Below are positions 1 through 14,419 of a stretch of 64,000 bases of DNA, piece after piece. The stretch comes from Podarcis liolepis (lineage: Eukaryota). The position numbers were made by a program, and so were the translations under genes. Each line of letters opens with the position of its first letter. Position 1 is the first letter of the stretch. The DNA lies in NCBI GenBank assembly GCA_965112155.1, contig OZ218098.1; one strand, 5' to 3'. The notes under the pieces are model-generated. The model searched no databases. It was not told where the DNA came from and was given only the letters and a program-made list of their open reading frames with translations.

Positions 1-40
1 CATTAGTTCATCCTGTCAGGTTTACCAAGCGAGTGTTGAT

Positions 41-81
41 AAATTGCTCTCCTTCCTCGCGTCAAAGAAGGAGAGCAATTT
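41..81. repeat. Perfect 15-bp inverted repeat with 11-nt loop
   Basis: aaattgctctccttc (41-55) and gaaggagagcaattt (67-81). Confidence 0.9.
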
Positions 82-2249
82 CAAAAGTCTCCATGTTGTT
101 TTACACTTAAAAGCCGAATCTGAAAAGAGACCTTTTACAATTCCACTCACAGAGAATGTTTAAGAGTGTTTTCCATTAGTTATTTTAAAAGGTAGTTAAA
201 GGCATATGACAAAGTATTAGGTTGTTTTCACAACTGTTTTTATATCTGCTTACTTTAAATGGTTGACTATAAATTCTGCTTTTTAACAACTGGCATTCAG
301 TTGTCTTGGATGCTATAAAATTACACACTGCAGACACCTTTTTTTGGGGGGGGAGATGTATTTTTAAAATATACCTTGCTTTGTCTCTAGAGTAAATTCT
401 CTTTAATCTTTATCAATTTCTGTGACTGCTGATATCTTTTCTTATAATGTGGTCCTACAGGTATAATCACTGTGAGAAGGGATTTATTCATAGTGTGATA
501 CTTCCATTAGCTCCAGCCCAGTGCCAGCAGTCAATGAAGTATCCATGCCACAACTCTCTTGTGTTGGATTAACGCAATAGCGCTGCCTCTGTGTAGCATA
601 AAGTCACACATTTCAGTGTACAAATGTTTCGGTAATGCCCTCAGCCGAGCTGCTTTTTGAAGTTTTACCATCACATGGGTACAATGAGGTACCATGGGGC
701 AGCATAGAACACCAAGTCTTTTTTCCTTCTTTTTTTTTTTTTTTTTTTTTTGCAAAATGGGCATGGGTTTTGTTACTAGTCAAACTGCAAGCCATGTAAA
801 AAAAAAAAAAAACTGGTCCAGCTACCTTTAAAAAACCACACAAAAAAACTTCATTCTGACCCAGATGCTAGAATAATGTCTGTGTAAAAAGTAAGAAATT
901 TGGCTCAGTTACCACCAGAAAACAAACAAACAAACAAACAATAAATGATGTTTTGAATAATTGTCAAAAATTATATTTCCATTTTACATTCATGCATAAA
1001 CAGGACAGCTGATGCATCCACACTGTGGCACCATCTTTGACACACCACGACACTTTTTGCTGTGGTGTCAATGTGTGTGGTTCTTTCACATATACTGCCA
1101 CATAGTGTATGGTTCTGCCACATGGCTAATCAGGCACCCACCCCCAATGCACAAGAGAGATGTCGAGGCCAAGTATGTGGTTGCTGAGCAATATGGTGCT
1201 GTGACAGGTGCAGAATCTGTTCTCATGCCCTCTTTCCTGTGTGCCCTGTGTCCCTTGATCTGCCCCAGGCTCCACTCCCTGGCCCAGCCAAGTTGCCAGA
1301 ATTTTTAAGCTAAAAAATATGGCAAGCCTAAATACAATGGAAATCACATGTTCTATCCAATAGATGCCCTTGATACTGATTCAGCCTTAACTTAAAATAG
1401 CAGTACAGTACAACACAACACTACAACATGTGCCCTTGCATTTCACATGATTCTGTGTTATTATCACCATGTGCTGGCCCATTTGCGGTTTTGACAACCA
1501 CAAAGAATTAAAAAGCGATGTAATTGTGTGGTGACACCCTCATTGCTTTTGTACTGTTATACAACTGCTTAAAATTATAAAAAACAACGGCCACTCAGTT
1601 TCTTTGGATACTGGAACTTAAAGCTCTAAAGTTTATAAAACACAAATTAATGCAATCTGATATTATGCTCACGTTTAGTTTCTATAGTTAGTCTGGACAA
1701 ATATCTCAGATATCAAGGTTCTATCAATGTGACAAATGTAAACACTAATGATTATCATTTGATTTTGTATATTACATAGCTATTTGCAGCTTCCCAGAAA
1801 TATACCCCAATATTAGACTATCTGTTTTTAAAGAGAAAGAGCTACGGTTTCAAGACGGAGATTTGCACAAGGCCTCTCTCTTTGCTTTGGCTGAGGGTCG
1901 TGCTCTATTTCAGTCCCCAATGAAAAAGTTCATATTTTCTCTAGAATTGTTTCCATCACACTACTATGTCTCTGCTTTTAATTTTTGCCCAGTGTTAAAG
2001 AATGCAATAAAACAGGAGTTGAATGAAAGCAGCCCATTGAAAAGCTTCTGAGTCAGAATCTCTTGCTGACCACACTTGCTTATTAGTGTCAAACTGTTAT
2101 ATGGTTTGATGGGCTGGTAAATCTTTAGTGTTAGCCACAAAGGACTAGAAGTAAGACGTTTGCCACAGAAATCTTAGGCATCCTGCAAGTGTTGTTCACA
2201 TGTTATATGTGTGTAGGGTTGATCAATTGTGAGTATCAACATGGATGTA

Positions 2250-2491
2250 CAGTGGTACCTCGGGTTAAGTTCTTAATTCGTTCCGGAGGTCCGTTCTTAA
2301 CCTGAAACTGTTCTTAACCTGAAGCACCACTTTAGCTAATGGGGTCTCCTGCTGCCGCTGCCCCGCCGGAGCACGATTTCTGTTCTCATCCTGAAGCAAA
2401 GTTCTTAACCTGAAGCACTATTTCTGGGTTAGCGGAGTCTGTAACCTGAAGCGTATGTAACCTGAAGCGTATGTAACCTGAGGTACCACTG
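2250..2491. mobile_element. Tc1/mariner-superfamily (pogo/Tigger-like) MITE
   Basis: TA|cagtggtacctc…gaggtaccactg|TA: terminal inverted repeats with TA duplication. Several copies in the window. Confidence 0.9.
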
Positions 2492-3073
2492 TATTGTGAA
2501 AATGTTAAAAGGCAGTCTAGTGAGATGGTGACTATTAAAAAAAAAGTGCTGCTGTCTGTCCTGAATCTGACAGATTTTTTTAACTTATTTTTTTTAAAAA
2601 GAGGTTGTTAAAACCTTTATTATTTATAACTTTTGCTCAAGTTTACTTGATGAGGTCATGCGAGAAATTTCCAACAATCTTTATCGTATTGCGCTTGTGG
2701 CTGTGAAGCCTCAGTCATTGTGTGCTTAGAATCTTCAGTTGATCTAGGAACTAAGCTTCTGCGAGGGAAGGGAAATTTGTCAGTTCGTCTCCGGCTGAAA
2801 TCTGACATGGAGACAGGATGAAGGCTGAGAAGAAGTCCTGGAACCTAGGGAAGCTAAGGGATAGGGAGCCCAGAAGCAAGAAAGTGCAAGGAAGGGTGTA
2901 GCAGAATAGAGGAAAAAAGAAAAAAGGGGAGGAGAGACAGCCAATTTCAGATTTCACATTATAGTGAATTGGGGATGAAGGACAATGTTTGTTTTTAACA
3001 AATCTAATTTGGTTCTGAATAATAAGTCAATTGGAAACACACAGAGCAGCACTGAAACAGATTGTGCCCCCCC

Positions 3074-3121
<48 letters not shown>
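3074..3121. repeat. (CA)n microsatellite
   Basis: Direct reading. Confidence 0.95.
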
Positions 3122-3122
<1 letters not shown>

Positions 3123-5330
3123 CATATCTTGTGACTGGCCCCCACTAGCCTGCATACTACTGACTGTTTAGGTTTACAAGTTTTTTGGGTAGAGGAAAGG
3201 ATGCAGAACTTTCATTCTGCAGACCAAAACACAGCATTCAATTGTTAACCATCTTTTCAAGTATATGTCATATTATTTTTCCAGTTGTGTGTTTCCCCCC
3301 AGATTGCTCTGAAGTCTACAAACAGCTACGGTAAATACTCTGTCTAGATTCAACTCATAATGCTTTACGGCTGCTGGATACACATGAGAAGATAGCTGGA
3401 TAGTGATCCTTTACTGACTCACAATCCTCTCATGTTCTGTCAAGTCCGGTTGCCAAGTTTCAATCAATTGAAGGGTTTTAACCAGTACCACAAGCTGGGT
3501 GGAGACTAATACCCTGATCCTTAATACATTTACTCAAAAGGAAAAGTCCACTAAATGCAATGGAACCTATCCTTACGTTTAGCAAACCCAGAGGAGGAGC
3601 TAAACGCTCCCCATTGCTGCTGATGCTGAAAGGGACTGTGGCAGGTGGAGGTGAAGCTCTTGGATTGTGTCTCTTCCTGGAAGTAGGAATAAGGCCTTCT
3701 CCGGTTGCCTTGACCACCAGCCATTATAGCAACCAAGTATTTTCAGTTTCCCAGCACTGCGCGAATACCATTGGTGCAACAAGTTAGCCATCCTCATTCT
3801 TGCAAGTGAAACATGTATGCATGGAAATTTTTTTATTCATTCTTAGCTACTATCACAAAAAAATTATGATGTTGTGTGACTGTGAACATACTTTATGCAC
3901 CCCAGAGCATTTGGAGCCTCTATTCAAAGCAAAGAACTGATCATATTAAATGAGCTGACATAACCATAACCCACCAGAATTGGAAAAGACAACTGGGTTT
4001 CTTGCAGATATATACTGCTCAAGAGTAGGAAATTAAAGTGCACATTTGACTTTTTCCTTATTTCACGTGGCTGCTATCATTATTGCAGAGCAAAGACCAG
4101 ACAAACCCTAAAACAGATGTAAAATATAAAGCTTAGAATGTTTGTAGTCATTTAAAAAGTAGAAGTACTTGTAACGTATTATTGTGATTTGTCTTCTATT
4201 TTTTACCTTTATGGAACTGATATTTGTTGGGTTGTTTGAAAGATAATGTGTTACCAAGGCAATTCTTATTTCTGTAGCGTGTTGTGATTTAGAAATTGCA
4301 TAGTTCATATGATAGCATATCTAGATTGAGAAGGAATCTTGCAGTGAGAGCAATAATAAAAAAGGTGGGGCTGTTTTCACTACAGAAGAGTCTTTAGTGC
4401 TAATTAAGTTAGAACCTGGTTATCTTACTGAGAAACACTAGTTGAAAGGCTGCTTCATATATCACACACCGCCAAGCTCAGGGTTGAAACCATGTCTGGA
4501 AGCTGCAGCTAATCTCAGCTCTCTAACAAGTGGAAGTGTATACATGAGTTTTCAGATGCTTGTTTAGCATGTTCCATTTCATATTTTTATGTGTGAATGC
4601 AAAACGTTTTCAGGTATGTACTAAAAACACACACCATAAACTGCCCTGAGACCTTCGGATATGGGGTAATATATTAATAATATTAAATAAATAAAAAATA
4701 TAAAGAAAGAAAGAAAATAAATGAAGCAGTTATAAGAACATTGCTAAAGCAAGAGCTACCACACACACATACACACACAATGTACATATATTTCCTGAAG
4801 GCTAGTATTCTGCTGATGTGATGTGGGTGCAAAAGACAGCCTAATTCTGGGTATGGCAGTACATGCTGACATGTTCCAGTTAGCACACAACTCATAGTAG
4901 ATTTCTGTTGAAACTCAGCCATGATATGCTGCCAGCAAATGGGAGTGGTGAAAAATACTCGGAAGACCAACGAAGGCTAAAATAACACAAAATAATAATG
5001 CTGTCATCACCTGTTTCCACAACACGGTACTCAACAAAACTGTGTGCAGTGTGAAGATCCTTGAATAGTTGCCAGTCACCTTTCAGGATTTAGCCCTTTT
5101 ATTTTCAGCCCATGAATGTGTGGTATTGGTCAGTAATTATGCTAATATACTAGCTGTGATTTCTGCGTATTTCCTCCTCATTCTATTGCTGTTGTGAGCT
5201 GAATATAATTGATTTATAGTGCACTCCTTACATCAAGTAGGAATTATAGATATAGCAGTTTAGAGAGGGCAATATGCCCATTTGGTTTTTTCAACCTTAT
5301 ATTCAGTTCTCCACATTTCCACATCAGCTT

Positions 5331-5687
5331 AAAGGTAAAGGTAAAGGGACCCCTGATCATTAGGTCCAGTTGTGGCCGACTCTGGGGTTGTGGCGCTCAT
5401 CTCGCTTTATTGGCCGAGGGAGCTGGCGTACAGCTTCCGGGTCATGTGGCCAGCATGACTAAGCTGCTTCTGGCGAACCAGAGCAGCGCACGGAAACACC
5501 ATTTACCTTCCCGCCGGAGCGGTACCTATTTATCTACTTGCACTTTGATGTGCTTTCAAACTGCTAGGTTGGCAGGAGCTGGGACTGAGCAACGGGAGCT
5601 CACCCCATCGCGGGGCTTCAAACCGCCGATCTTCTGATCAGCAAGCCCTAGGCTCTGTGGTTTAACCCACAGAGCCACCCGCGTCCC
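5331..5687 (-). mobile_element. Sauria SINE, full length
   Basis: On the minus strand: tRNA-like head gggacgcgggtggc…, core gtgcaagtagataaataggtacc, (ACCTTT)n tail. Flanked by an imperfect ttccacatcag duplication. Confidence 0.9.
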
Positions 5688-8146
5688 TTCAGTTCCACAT
5701 CAGTTTAATTTCATTTAAAAAGTCATCATGAAAATTCATCAGCATGCTGGTGTGAATTTCTCCTCAAAGGTTAGCTGTGTTTATAGGTTATACTGTAAAT
5801 TAGGTAGGTTCACCTTTAAATATGAACTGAATTGAATCCCTCCCGCCCATTCCTAGTAGGGACACACAGAGAGACATGCTTGATGGTATATAACTGGTAT
5901 AGTCCTCCATGAGGGCTTTCAAATCTATTCCTAGACATTTTGTGGAAGGGAAATAAAACATTTTGTATTAGCAAGTTTCAGAAGCGTAGGGATAGGAACA
6001 AAGATTTCAGCAGATCTAACTCCTCATGCGCAAGGAGTTTCCCCAGCCACGCAGTCTGTCCCATTCAACAGAGAGGGAAATTCCACTCTTATTTCATGTG
6101 GCGCAAATTGAGCTGTCTCCTTGGTACACGGAAAATCCCATATGGTCAGGAAGCTCTTTGTGTATTTGAAATCTCACACCCCAGCTTACATGTTTTCAAA
6201 CATATCCTAACCAAAGGGGTATGTGTGGTGCAGAAAGCTTCTTAAGGACCTACATCGTTTGCCAAATGCTATGAAAGGCGCCAGATTCCAAGCAAAAATC
6301 TAAGCAATCCACACACCAAGATACATGCTTTTTGTACTAGTGCTGCGCAGAAAATTTCTACTATTTCACCATCACCATTCTCCATCAGTTAATGAGGAAA
6401 TACATTGTATTTGAAAGTGGTCATAGGGCTGGTTTGCTGAAATTCTCATAGGTGTAATGTGGATGAAAATGCCTTGCATTTGAGGTGGCTGAAGGGGGCT
6501 CATTTCTTCCATTTTACTTATCATCTCTTTGATATGTAAAGATAGTAAGAATATAGATACAAAAATAAAATTTTGCAAAATCTTTGTTCAAACCCATGAC
6601 ACTGAGATTAAGAGTCTTAGGCTCTACCAACTGAGCTATCTAATATGTATTTTTTTCTGAGTAGATGGATAGGATTGCACTGTTTTAAAAAAAGCCATAT
6701 GTGATTGCACTATTTCAGTCCCAGCAATTTTAAATGAACAATTATGTACTTGTCGCATGAAAATCAAATAACTTATTTGTGACTTGATCAAGTTACACGT
6801 ATGTTTACACCACAGTTCTTCTCTACTATATTTAAATCTACACTTAGTATTCTTCACATGTTCAATACTAGTATAATATTTTTTTTAAAAAAAAATCTTA
6901 ACTTAAAAGTGAAATATTCAGATGATAAATTGGTAGTGGGGGGTAATTTTATAGTTGCATGCATGAAGTTTTCTCAATATAATATCTATGGAAATGGTAG
7001 TAAAATATTAAAGTATTTGTGTACATGAAGCCTTTAATAAGAAATAACAATTCAGCAATAATTAAGACCACTTTTACAAGATATACTGTAGTGCTGCTCA
7101 CAGGCGTAAATTTTAGCTCTTTTACCCTCTGGCAGCCTCTCCAACCAGGTGCCCTCTAGCTTTTTTGGGACTACAACTCCCATCAGTGCCAGCCAGCACA
7201 GCCGTGCTTTCTGAATTTGAAACCCTGATCACAATCTTCTGAATTTCTGCACTGTGAATATCTCTGCTGACAAAAATGCTTGCTGTAATGTTATTTATTT
7301 GCTGTTGGTTTTGTCATGACACACAAACACACCCCGCCAGCCTTGTGCAGATAGGGTTTCGCTGAACTAGATCTCTTCCACTTTTCCCTTCTATGTGTAC
7401 GAGAGAGACAAAAAGAGAGAGGAGCTTTTTTCCACGAAAAAGGCAAAACATTCTTGACTTAACTATTAAATAGAATAAGGAAAGTGCCATTGCAGTCTGG
7501 CAGTTTAAGAGGAAGAAAACCTCACTCTGTGTCCTTACGTAATGTTCATAGTTAAGCAGCTGCAAATGGAGAGGCTGAAAGATTGAAACATCCATCTGGA
7601 AATCGGCTATTAGATGTATACTGGCACGACTTACCAACATTTTATATCCTTGTAGTAGAAATTCAGTTTCCCCGAGGAGAAGCTAAAAAATGTTTGGTTT
7701 TGATTTTAGTTTAACCCTTAGCCCTGCTGCCTGCAAAGAGGCCAGAAGAGACTGGGTATCAGTCAAATACTAAGGTCTTCCATGGCCACCCCCAGCCCTG
7801 CTTGAAGGGGTTGAAAGTTGTCATTCAGCACCACCTTGCTAGAGGGACCAGGCCGCCTTTCTCCCCACAGTCCACCTATTCAGTCTTTTCTAGCCAACAG
7901 AAGGGCAGAATAATAAGACTGGCAAGCACTTTTCTGAAAAAAGATTGTTTTGATACTTAAAGCATTTCCCTCTCTCTCCCTCTTACAAAAATACTGACAT
8001 TTGATTTCAGCTGGTCTGAGTTGCAGGGTGATCCTTCTAAGTGTGGAAAATAGGGTTGCAAGACCCCCATGTCTGACCTGAAGTCTCCAGGTTTGTCTGG
8101 AAGGTGGGTAACACTACCTTTAATTCTATATCTATATACCTCTATC

Positions 8147-8255
8147 CAGGGCTTTTTTGAGCCAGAACTTGCCAGAACTCAGTTCCGGCACCTCTCAGGT
8201 GTGGGAGGCCGTCACTGTGAGTTCCGCTATCTTTTTTTCTAGAAAAATAGCACTG
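8147..8255. mobile_element. Short non-autonomous DNA transposon (hAT-like MITE)
   Basis: cagggctttttt…aaaaatagcactg imperfect TIRs. Homologous copy at 41381-41515. Confidence 0.7.
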
Positions 8256-8315
<60 letters not shown>

Positions 8316-8317
8316 TC
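8256..8317. repeat. (TTTC)n microsatellite
   Basis: Direct reading. Confidence 0.95.
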
Positions 8318-8320
8318 ATG

Positions 8321-8569
8321 AGAGCCAGTGTGGTGTAGTGGTTAAGAGTGGTAGACTCGTAATCTGGTGAACTGGGTTCGCGTCTCCACTCCTCCACATG
8401 CAGCTGCTGGGTGACCTTGGGCCAGTCACACTTCTCTGAAGTCTCTCAGCCCCACTCACCTCACAGAGTGTTTGTTGTGGGGGAGGAAGGGAAAGGAAAA
8501 AGTTAGCCGCTTTGAGACTCCTTCAGGTAGTGATAAAGCGGGATATCAAATCCAAACTCTTCTTCTTCT

Positions 8570-8571
<2 letters not shown>
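8321..8571 (+). mobile_element. tRNA-derived CORE/MIR-related SINE (Squam3-like)
   Basis: A box tggtgtagtgg, B box gggttcgcgtc, core gggtgaccttgggccagtcac, (CTT)n tail. Homologous to 55412-55668. Confidence 0.8.

Positions 8572-8631
<60 letters not shown>
8571..8631. repeat. (CTAT)n microsatellite
   Basis: Direct reading. Confidence 0.95.
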
Positions 8632-9389
8632 ACTCCACACAGAGAGACAGACAGGGGGAGCTCAAGAGAGCACTTCAACCTGGCAGGAGCCAGTTGCAAA
8701 TTATATTATAGAGACTCTGATGCATCTGTCCTTGTTTGCTCTCTTCTTCCCATTAACATCCATCTCCAAGGCCTGCCCCATTACATTATCAGGGGCCGAC
8801 CCGAGGCCTCAGATTTGGGTTCTGACATCTCAGTTTCTGGGATGCTCCTGACCTGGCAACTTTGGTGGAACATCCATAGCTTAGTGCATGCAAAAGCCCT
8901 CAAGTTCAATCCCTGGCATCTCTGAATACAGCTTCGAAAGACTCCTGTCTGAAACCCTGAAGAGGTACTGCCAGTGGCTGGAATCCCCATGATGTGGGCG
9001 GCATCCCTCTGCCCCCAATCCGGGTCACTGGGGGTCCTGGATGCCTGTCTGCAACCCTACCCCCCAGGAAAGTGGAGTGGACATCTAGATGAAGCACTGG
9101 CTTGATAAGGAAGGCAGCTTCATATGAAGGGGAGAGTTAGAGAGATACCTCGAAAGTTGTTTGCTGTATAACATAATTTTGTACAGCATGGTCCCTGTGT
9201 TTTCTATTTAGCCAATTATTTTCAAAAGTATGGAAATATTATGAAACATAGTCCTTCCTGGTCTGTATCGCCTGATATTGCAGGTAGGTTCATTTACCTA
9301 TTTTGCTTGTTTATGGACATCTATACCTGACTTTCATGTGGTAAAATCAAGTTCAAAACACAAATCACAACAAAAATTAGAAATAATAA

Positions 9390-9392
<3 letters not shown>

Positions 9393-9450
<58 letters not shown>
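9393..9450. repeat. (CT)n(AT)n compound microsatellite
   Basis: Direct reading. Confidence 0.95.
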
Positions 9451-9455
<5 letters not shown>

Positions 9456-9559
9456 GTATAAATATAAAAATAATAATGACAAAAAATATACAGCAGGAAT
9501 TCCGCCCCCAACAAAACACCATCATTAAAATTGTATCAGCCACAGCAGACATAAAACCT

Positions 9560-9790
9560 ATTATCAAAGGTTCAACTAAAAATGCCTGCTGAAATAAAGT
9601 AGTTTTAACAGCCTGTTTAAATGGAGGCAAAGAGGGGGCCTGATTAGCCTCTCTTGGGAGACTATTCCATCCTTTAGGTCCTGAAGAGGCCCTGCCTCTC
9701 ATCTCCACCAGCTGCGCTTGTGTTGGCAATGTGACAGGAAGAAGAGTCTCAAAAGCTGAGCTCAGATCTTCAGCAGGTTCCTTCCTTGGG
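9560..9790 (-). mobile_element. Old L2 LINE 3' fragment
   Basis: Minus-strand translation …WNSLPREANQAPSLPPFKQAVKTTLFQQAF, typical of the L2 ORF2 C-terminus. Confidence 0.7.
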
Positions 9791-10384
9791 GAAGAGGTGA
9801 TTCCTGAAAGGCAGAATATCCTGGCTTAACTTATTGGAATGCTCTCTCATGTAGAAGATACACCCACATGTGAAGAGCTAAACTTTCAGGAAAAAGGTTT
9901 TAAAGGTTTTTTTTGCAATGCGCTGCTGTGAACTCAGAGGTGCTTTACTTCAGAGTCAGCAGTATGTACACTATTGCACTCTCAGTCTAGATTTCTCTTT
10001 AATGTCCTACCTTTCCACCTGCAGAAATTATTTACAAGGAGTATCAAGCACATGTTTCAGTGATCATAGAAGGATGTTTTGTGTAGCTGTGCATTCACAG
10101 AGATAGCTACAGGGTGCTTGATGAAATACCACATATAGGAAGGACTGCCTGAAGAAAACAAGGGCCTGTTTTCATCATCCCCAAACCCCTCCAAAAAGTA
10201 CATACTGGTCTCAGGGTGTGTGTGATTGTCATTAGCACCAAACATACAGAGAGAAAAGGCTTAAACCTTCCTTCTCCATACACTGTGGTGCTGAGGACAA
10301 TTGTCCCCTTTGGTGTTTATTTTTAAAGAACCACCACAACATGATGTGATTGCTAATCAAGTTATTGGCATAACATATATGTTA

Positions 10385-10600
10385 TGTGTGGTGTAATGGT
10401 TAGAGTGTTGGACTAAGACATGGGAGAGCAGGGTTCGAATTCCCACTCAGCCATGAAGCTCACTGGGTGACCGTGGGCCAGTCACCGCCTCTCAGCCTAC
10501 CCTACCTCACAGGGCTCTTGTAGGGATTAAATGAGGAGGAGGAGAACCATTTTTGCCACTTTGACATCCTGGGAAGATAAAGGTGGTATATAAAAGTCTT
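10385..10600 (+). mobile_element. Older CORE/MIR-related tRNA-SINE
   Basis: gtggtgtaatggttagagtg…gggttcgaattcc…gggtgaccgtgggccagtcac. Confidence 0.75.
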
Positions 10601-11314
10601 TAATAGATAATGTTAAATAAATATAGGTAGACCCTCAGTATAGTGTCCAAATTTCAGTACAACCTGACGCCCCAAGTGTTGGGTCAATCTGCCATTTTCT
10701 GAGATACACTGGGCTGAATCTTACTGGTTCTGAAGCGTCACTCCAACAGCATGAAACCAGAGATTTCTTCCTTTTTCCAGTATTTATTTAGTAGATAGTT
10801 TCAGATTTATATTTTGTTGAAATGTCTGCAATGGTACAGTACTTAGGAGCAGGTCATAGGGCTTATAGACTGTTGAATATGTGACAAGGAGGCTGTAAAA
10901 GATCTGGTCAGATGAAGTTAATTAACGGCAAATGAAGGACAGCTGCTTTTTATGTATGTAGCACATCTTTGATCTGCTCTACCCTTCAGACCTCTGTGGA
11001 CAAGGTAGTTAAATACAAACTAGGAGGCCTATTTTAAAGACATTAAGGCCCTCAGGGGCAAGGAGTGACAGTCCGTGCAGCCATGAGCTGTTAGCGTTAT
11101 TCATTAGAGAACTTTAAACATGTCAGAAAAATAGAGTAATGTCCCTGCACTTAGTTCAGCCTGAACACTGAAGATTACCACAGCTTTGGGACGTATGAAT
11201 GGACCAGCGTCTGGCAGTGAGTTTCTTGAGAAGGATTTGTTATGCAGGGAAAGAATAATCATGTGTGTGAGAGAGAGTTCAATGAATTACCAGGTCATCT
11301 TACATAATCAATAG

Positions 11315-11316
<2 letters not shown>

Positions 11317-11352
<36 letters not shown>
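11317..11352. repeat. (GT)n microsatellite
   Basis: Direct reading. Confidence 0.95.
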
Positions 11353-11355
<3 letters not shown>

Positions 11356-12367
11356 GATGCACACACAGTCACAAGAGATGGGCAGAATCCTAAAGGTGGA
11401 GGATTGTAGTGGGGAGGGGTGGGATTCTGTGAGGAGACGGGATGGGAGGAGATTTTAAAATAAATAAATTAAATGGCAGGTGACCAAAATAACTTTAGTT
11501 CAGTTGATTTATTTTTTTGCTGCCAGTTGTCCACTACTTCAATTTCAAGAATATTTTAAATTCACAAAGATATAAATAGGTTGTGAACCACTCGGGGATC
11601 TTTGAGTGAAGGGCGGTATACAAATTTAATTAATAATAATAGCAATAATTCCAATAAAAAGTCAAAAATTTAACTAATAATTAACCAATAATAATTAATA
11701 GTGACATGTTTTCAGAACCTTTGCCTTCATAGAACATTAGACCTGCAGACTGAGATGTTCCACAATTTGAACATGAATCAAGAACTGGCAAAACAACTTG
11801 AATTCAACTCTCCTTAAATGTTTTATACTGACTTTTTGGTACCTATATTAGACAACAACATAAAACATAAGATGCGCAATGGCTATTTTTCAAATAAAAG
11901 GGAGGAATTCAGTGTTGTGCTAAAATGAATGTCCCATCAGTGCAAGCATTTCAGGTTACCAGACAGAATGATTGCCCTTCTCCATCCCCACATGCTGTTC
12001 TGGGGGTTCTCCTAACCCCAAACAATTTTGAGGGTAACAATGGGTGAAGTAAGCCCAGTGGTTCAAGCAGATGGTCTTGTGCAGGGGCCGGGCTTCCAGT
12101 GAGCAGACTCATTAGGAGAATCTCTCCTGTTATGCTTACTCTTTCAGAAACTATGGTGGGGAAGCAGAGGAGGGAAATTTTGAGATGAAAACTCCCTCCA
12201 TCCCCCCTACCACTACCTCTATTCAAAATACACTATCCAGAAACTTCTTCAAAGAGCACTGGGGTTGCATTACATGTAATTGTGTGTAATATGTAGTTTT
12301 ACCTTTAGCAAAGCTAAACAGCAGTGGGAGAGAAATGGTTTTAATTGTGGAGTACGGAAGAGGTAAT

Positions 12368-12706
12368 GGGACGAGGGTGGCGCTGTGGTCTAAACTACTG
12401 AGCCTAGGGCTTGCCGATCAGAAGGTTGGTGGTTCGAACCCCCATGACAGAGTGAGCTCCTGTTGCTCAGTCCCTGCTCCTGCCAACCTAGCAGTTTGAA
12501 AGCACATCAAAGTGCAAGTAGATAAATAGGTACCGCTCCAGCGGGAAGGTAAACGGCATTTCTGTGCGCTGCTTTGGTTCGCCAGAAGTGGCCACATGAC
12601 CCGGAAGCTGTACGCCGGCTCTCTCGGCCAGTAAAGCGAGATGAGTGCCACAACCCCAGAGTCGTCCGAGACTGGACCTAATGGTCTGGAGTCCCTTTAC
12701 CTTTAC
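12368..12706 (+). mobile_element. Sauria SINE, full length
   Basis: gggacgagggtggcgctgtgg…ccctttacctttac, with gaagaggta repeated on both sides. Confidence 0.9.
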
Positions 12707-12763
12707 AGAAGAGGTATAATTGTAGCCTGAGAGGAAACCAATTAACAAACTGTGTAGCTAGTA

Positions 12764-12978
12764 CAGTGGTACCTTGGGTTACAGACGTTTCAGGTTACAG
12801 GCTCTGCTAACCCAGAAATAGTACCTCGGGTTAAGAACTTTGCTTCAGGATGAGAACAGAAATCATGTGGCAGCAGCGGGAGGCCTCATTAGCTAAAGTG
12901 GTACCTCAGGTTAAGAACAGTTTCAGGTTAAGAACGGACCTCCGGAACGAATTAAGTTCTTAACCCGAGGTACTACTG
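12764..12978. mobile_element. pogo/Tigger-like MITE
   Basis: TA-flanked cagtggtacc…ggtactactg, same family as 2250-2491. Confidence 0.9.
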
Positions 12979-14419
12979 TACACTGTCTTGAACCATCCCA
13001 TCTTTATAGCTAACCTTAAAGGATGGAAAACTTACCTTTTACAATTTAAGACTGTGCAACGGCAATTTCCCCCTCAATGGTTTATTTTATATACATCAGA
13101 CAGGTCCATTGTTAAGATTTCATACAGTGGCTTGTTTAAACCTGTAGCTGTTCATGTTTTTGTCCCAGTGTGGAATCAATGGCTGTATCTTTTCTGCTTC
13201 AAGTCTAGATTATGGACTGAACAGCACTCTTAATAATGTTTTGTGGTGTTTCAAGCATTTGTCATGTCAAAAAACATTCTTTTGGCACCAAAGGTACTGA
13301 TTTTGAAATTGAAAAACAAAACAAAACACCACTTTATCAAGACCAAATAATAATTAGCTCAAGTCATGTTTAACAATTTCACAGTCAGATGTATTTTTAC
13401 AACAGGATAGCAAGATACATATTGCAATATTTATTGTTATTTTGCATATTTTGACAGTATGTGTTTGAATGCCAAAACAAATATACACAGCTCCAGCTAT
13501 ATAATATACAGTGCTTGACATGTGTTTCTCTCTATGAGCAAATTTCCATTGTGTTTTGCTTCCTCTGTGACTATCTTATTCCAGGAAAATGAATAAAGCA
13601 CACTGAGGAGGGTGAATAATACACTAAAGGGGATATCTGCAATAAAATGCATGCATGCATCATACTTCCCAGACCTATCTAAATGGTGGAAGAATATATA
13701 TAGAATGTTGAGTCTCTAATATCAGTCACATCTATATAGGTAGTAGCACTTGGAAGCCACAATTTTTCTTTTCTTTCTTTTGCCATTGATGTATTTTAAT
13801 TTCCTTGTTGTTTGATAATAGTACATGTTAATTTCAAAGATAATTTTAAGATATCTGATGGGCATATTTTTGTGAGACCATTGTCCTTTGAGAGTGGGAA
13901 GGGGGATATTGAGTTACTCACAGCGGGGTATTGAAGAAACTTGAATTTCCTGAAATTTCAAATTTGAATATGAGGTGGCCAAGCTTCCCCATGCCCTGCT
14001 CTGGCTACATTCGTGGGACAGAATGCCATGATGTAATATGTCCCAGGAATGCTTTCAAAGCAGTGAGGCCACGGCTTGAAGTAGTGGCAGGGCTTTCTTG
14101 TTTACTGTTGAAAAAAGGAAGAAAAAGACAACAACTATTCACATTGGAAAGGTCTATGTGAAAACAAAGCAGAGTATCGAAGCTGATACACAGATGGCAC
14201 CTCCTCCCAGAACAATTAGATCATATAAACAAAAGGTTCCCAACTGGGTGTTGCAGGAGCTGTAAGGAATGAGGGTATCTTGCATGTGGTCCTTGTGTTT
14301 TCATGCATTTTGGAAAATTTAGCTTTGAAATTAGTTGAGAAATAGTGCAACAACCCATTCTGTTATACACACAGCTGCAGTTGAACTCTGCAGACCTCTA
14401 CCGTGAAGGCTTTTCATGA

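Noticed and set aside
3300-3800. Cluster of overlapping ORFs as a gene or LINE endonuclease
   Set aside because: No convincing motif or splice structure; the resemblance is too weak to call.
5209-5637. 142-aa ORF and similar ORFs at 12418, 22543, 33341 and 60178
   Set aside because: Translations of the Sauria SINE antisense strand; the similarity reflects the repeat, not a protein family.
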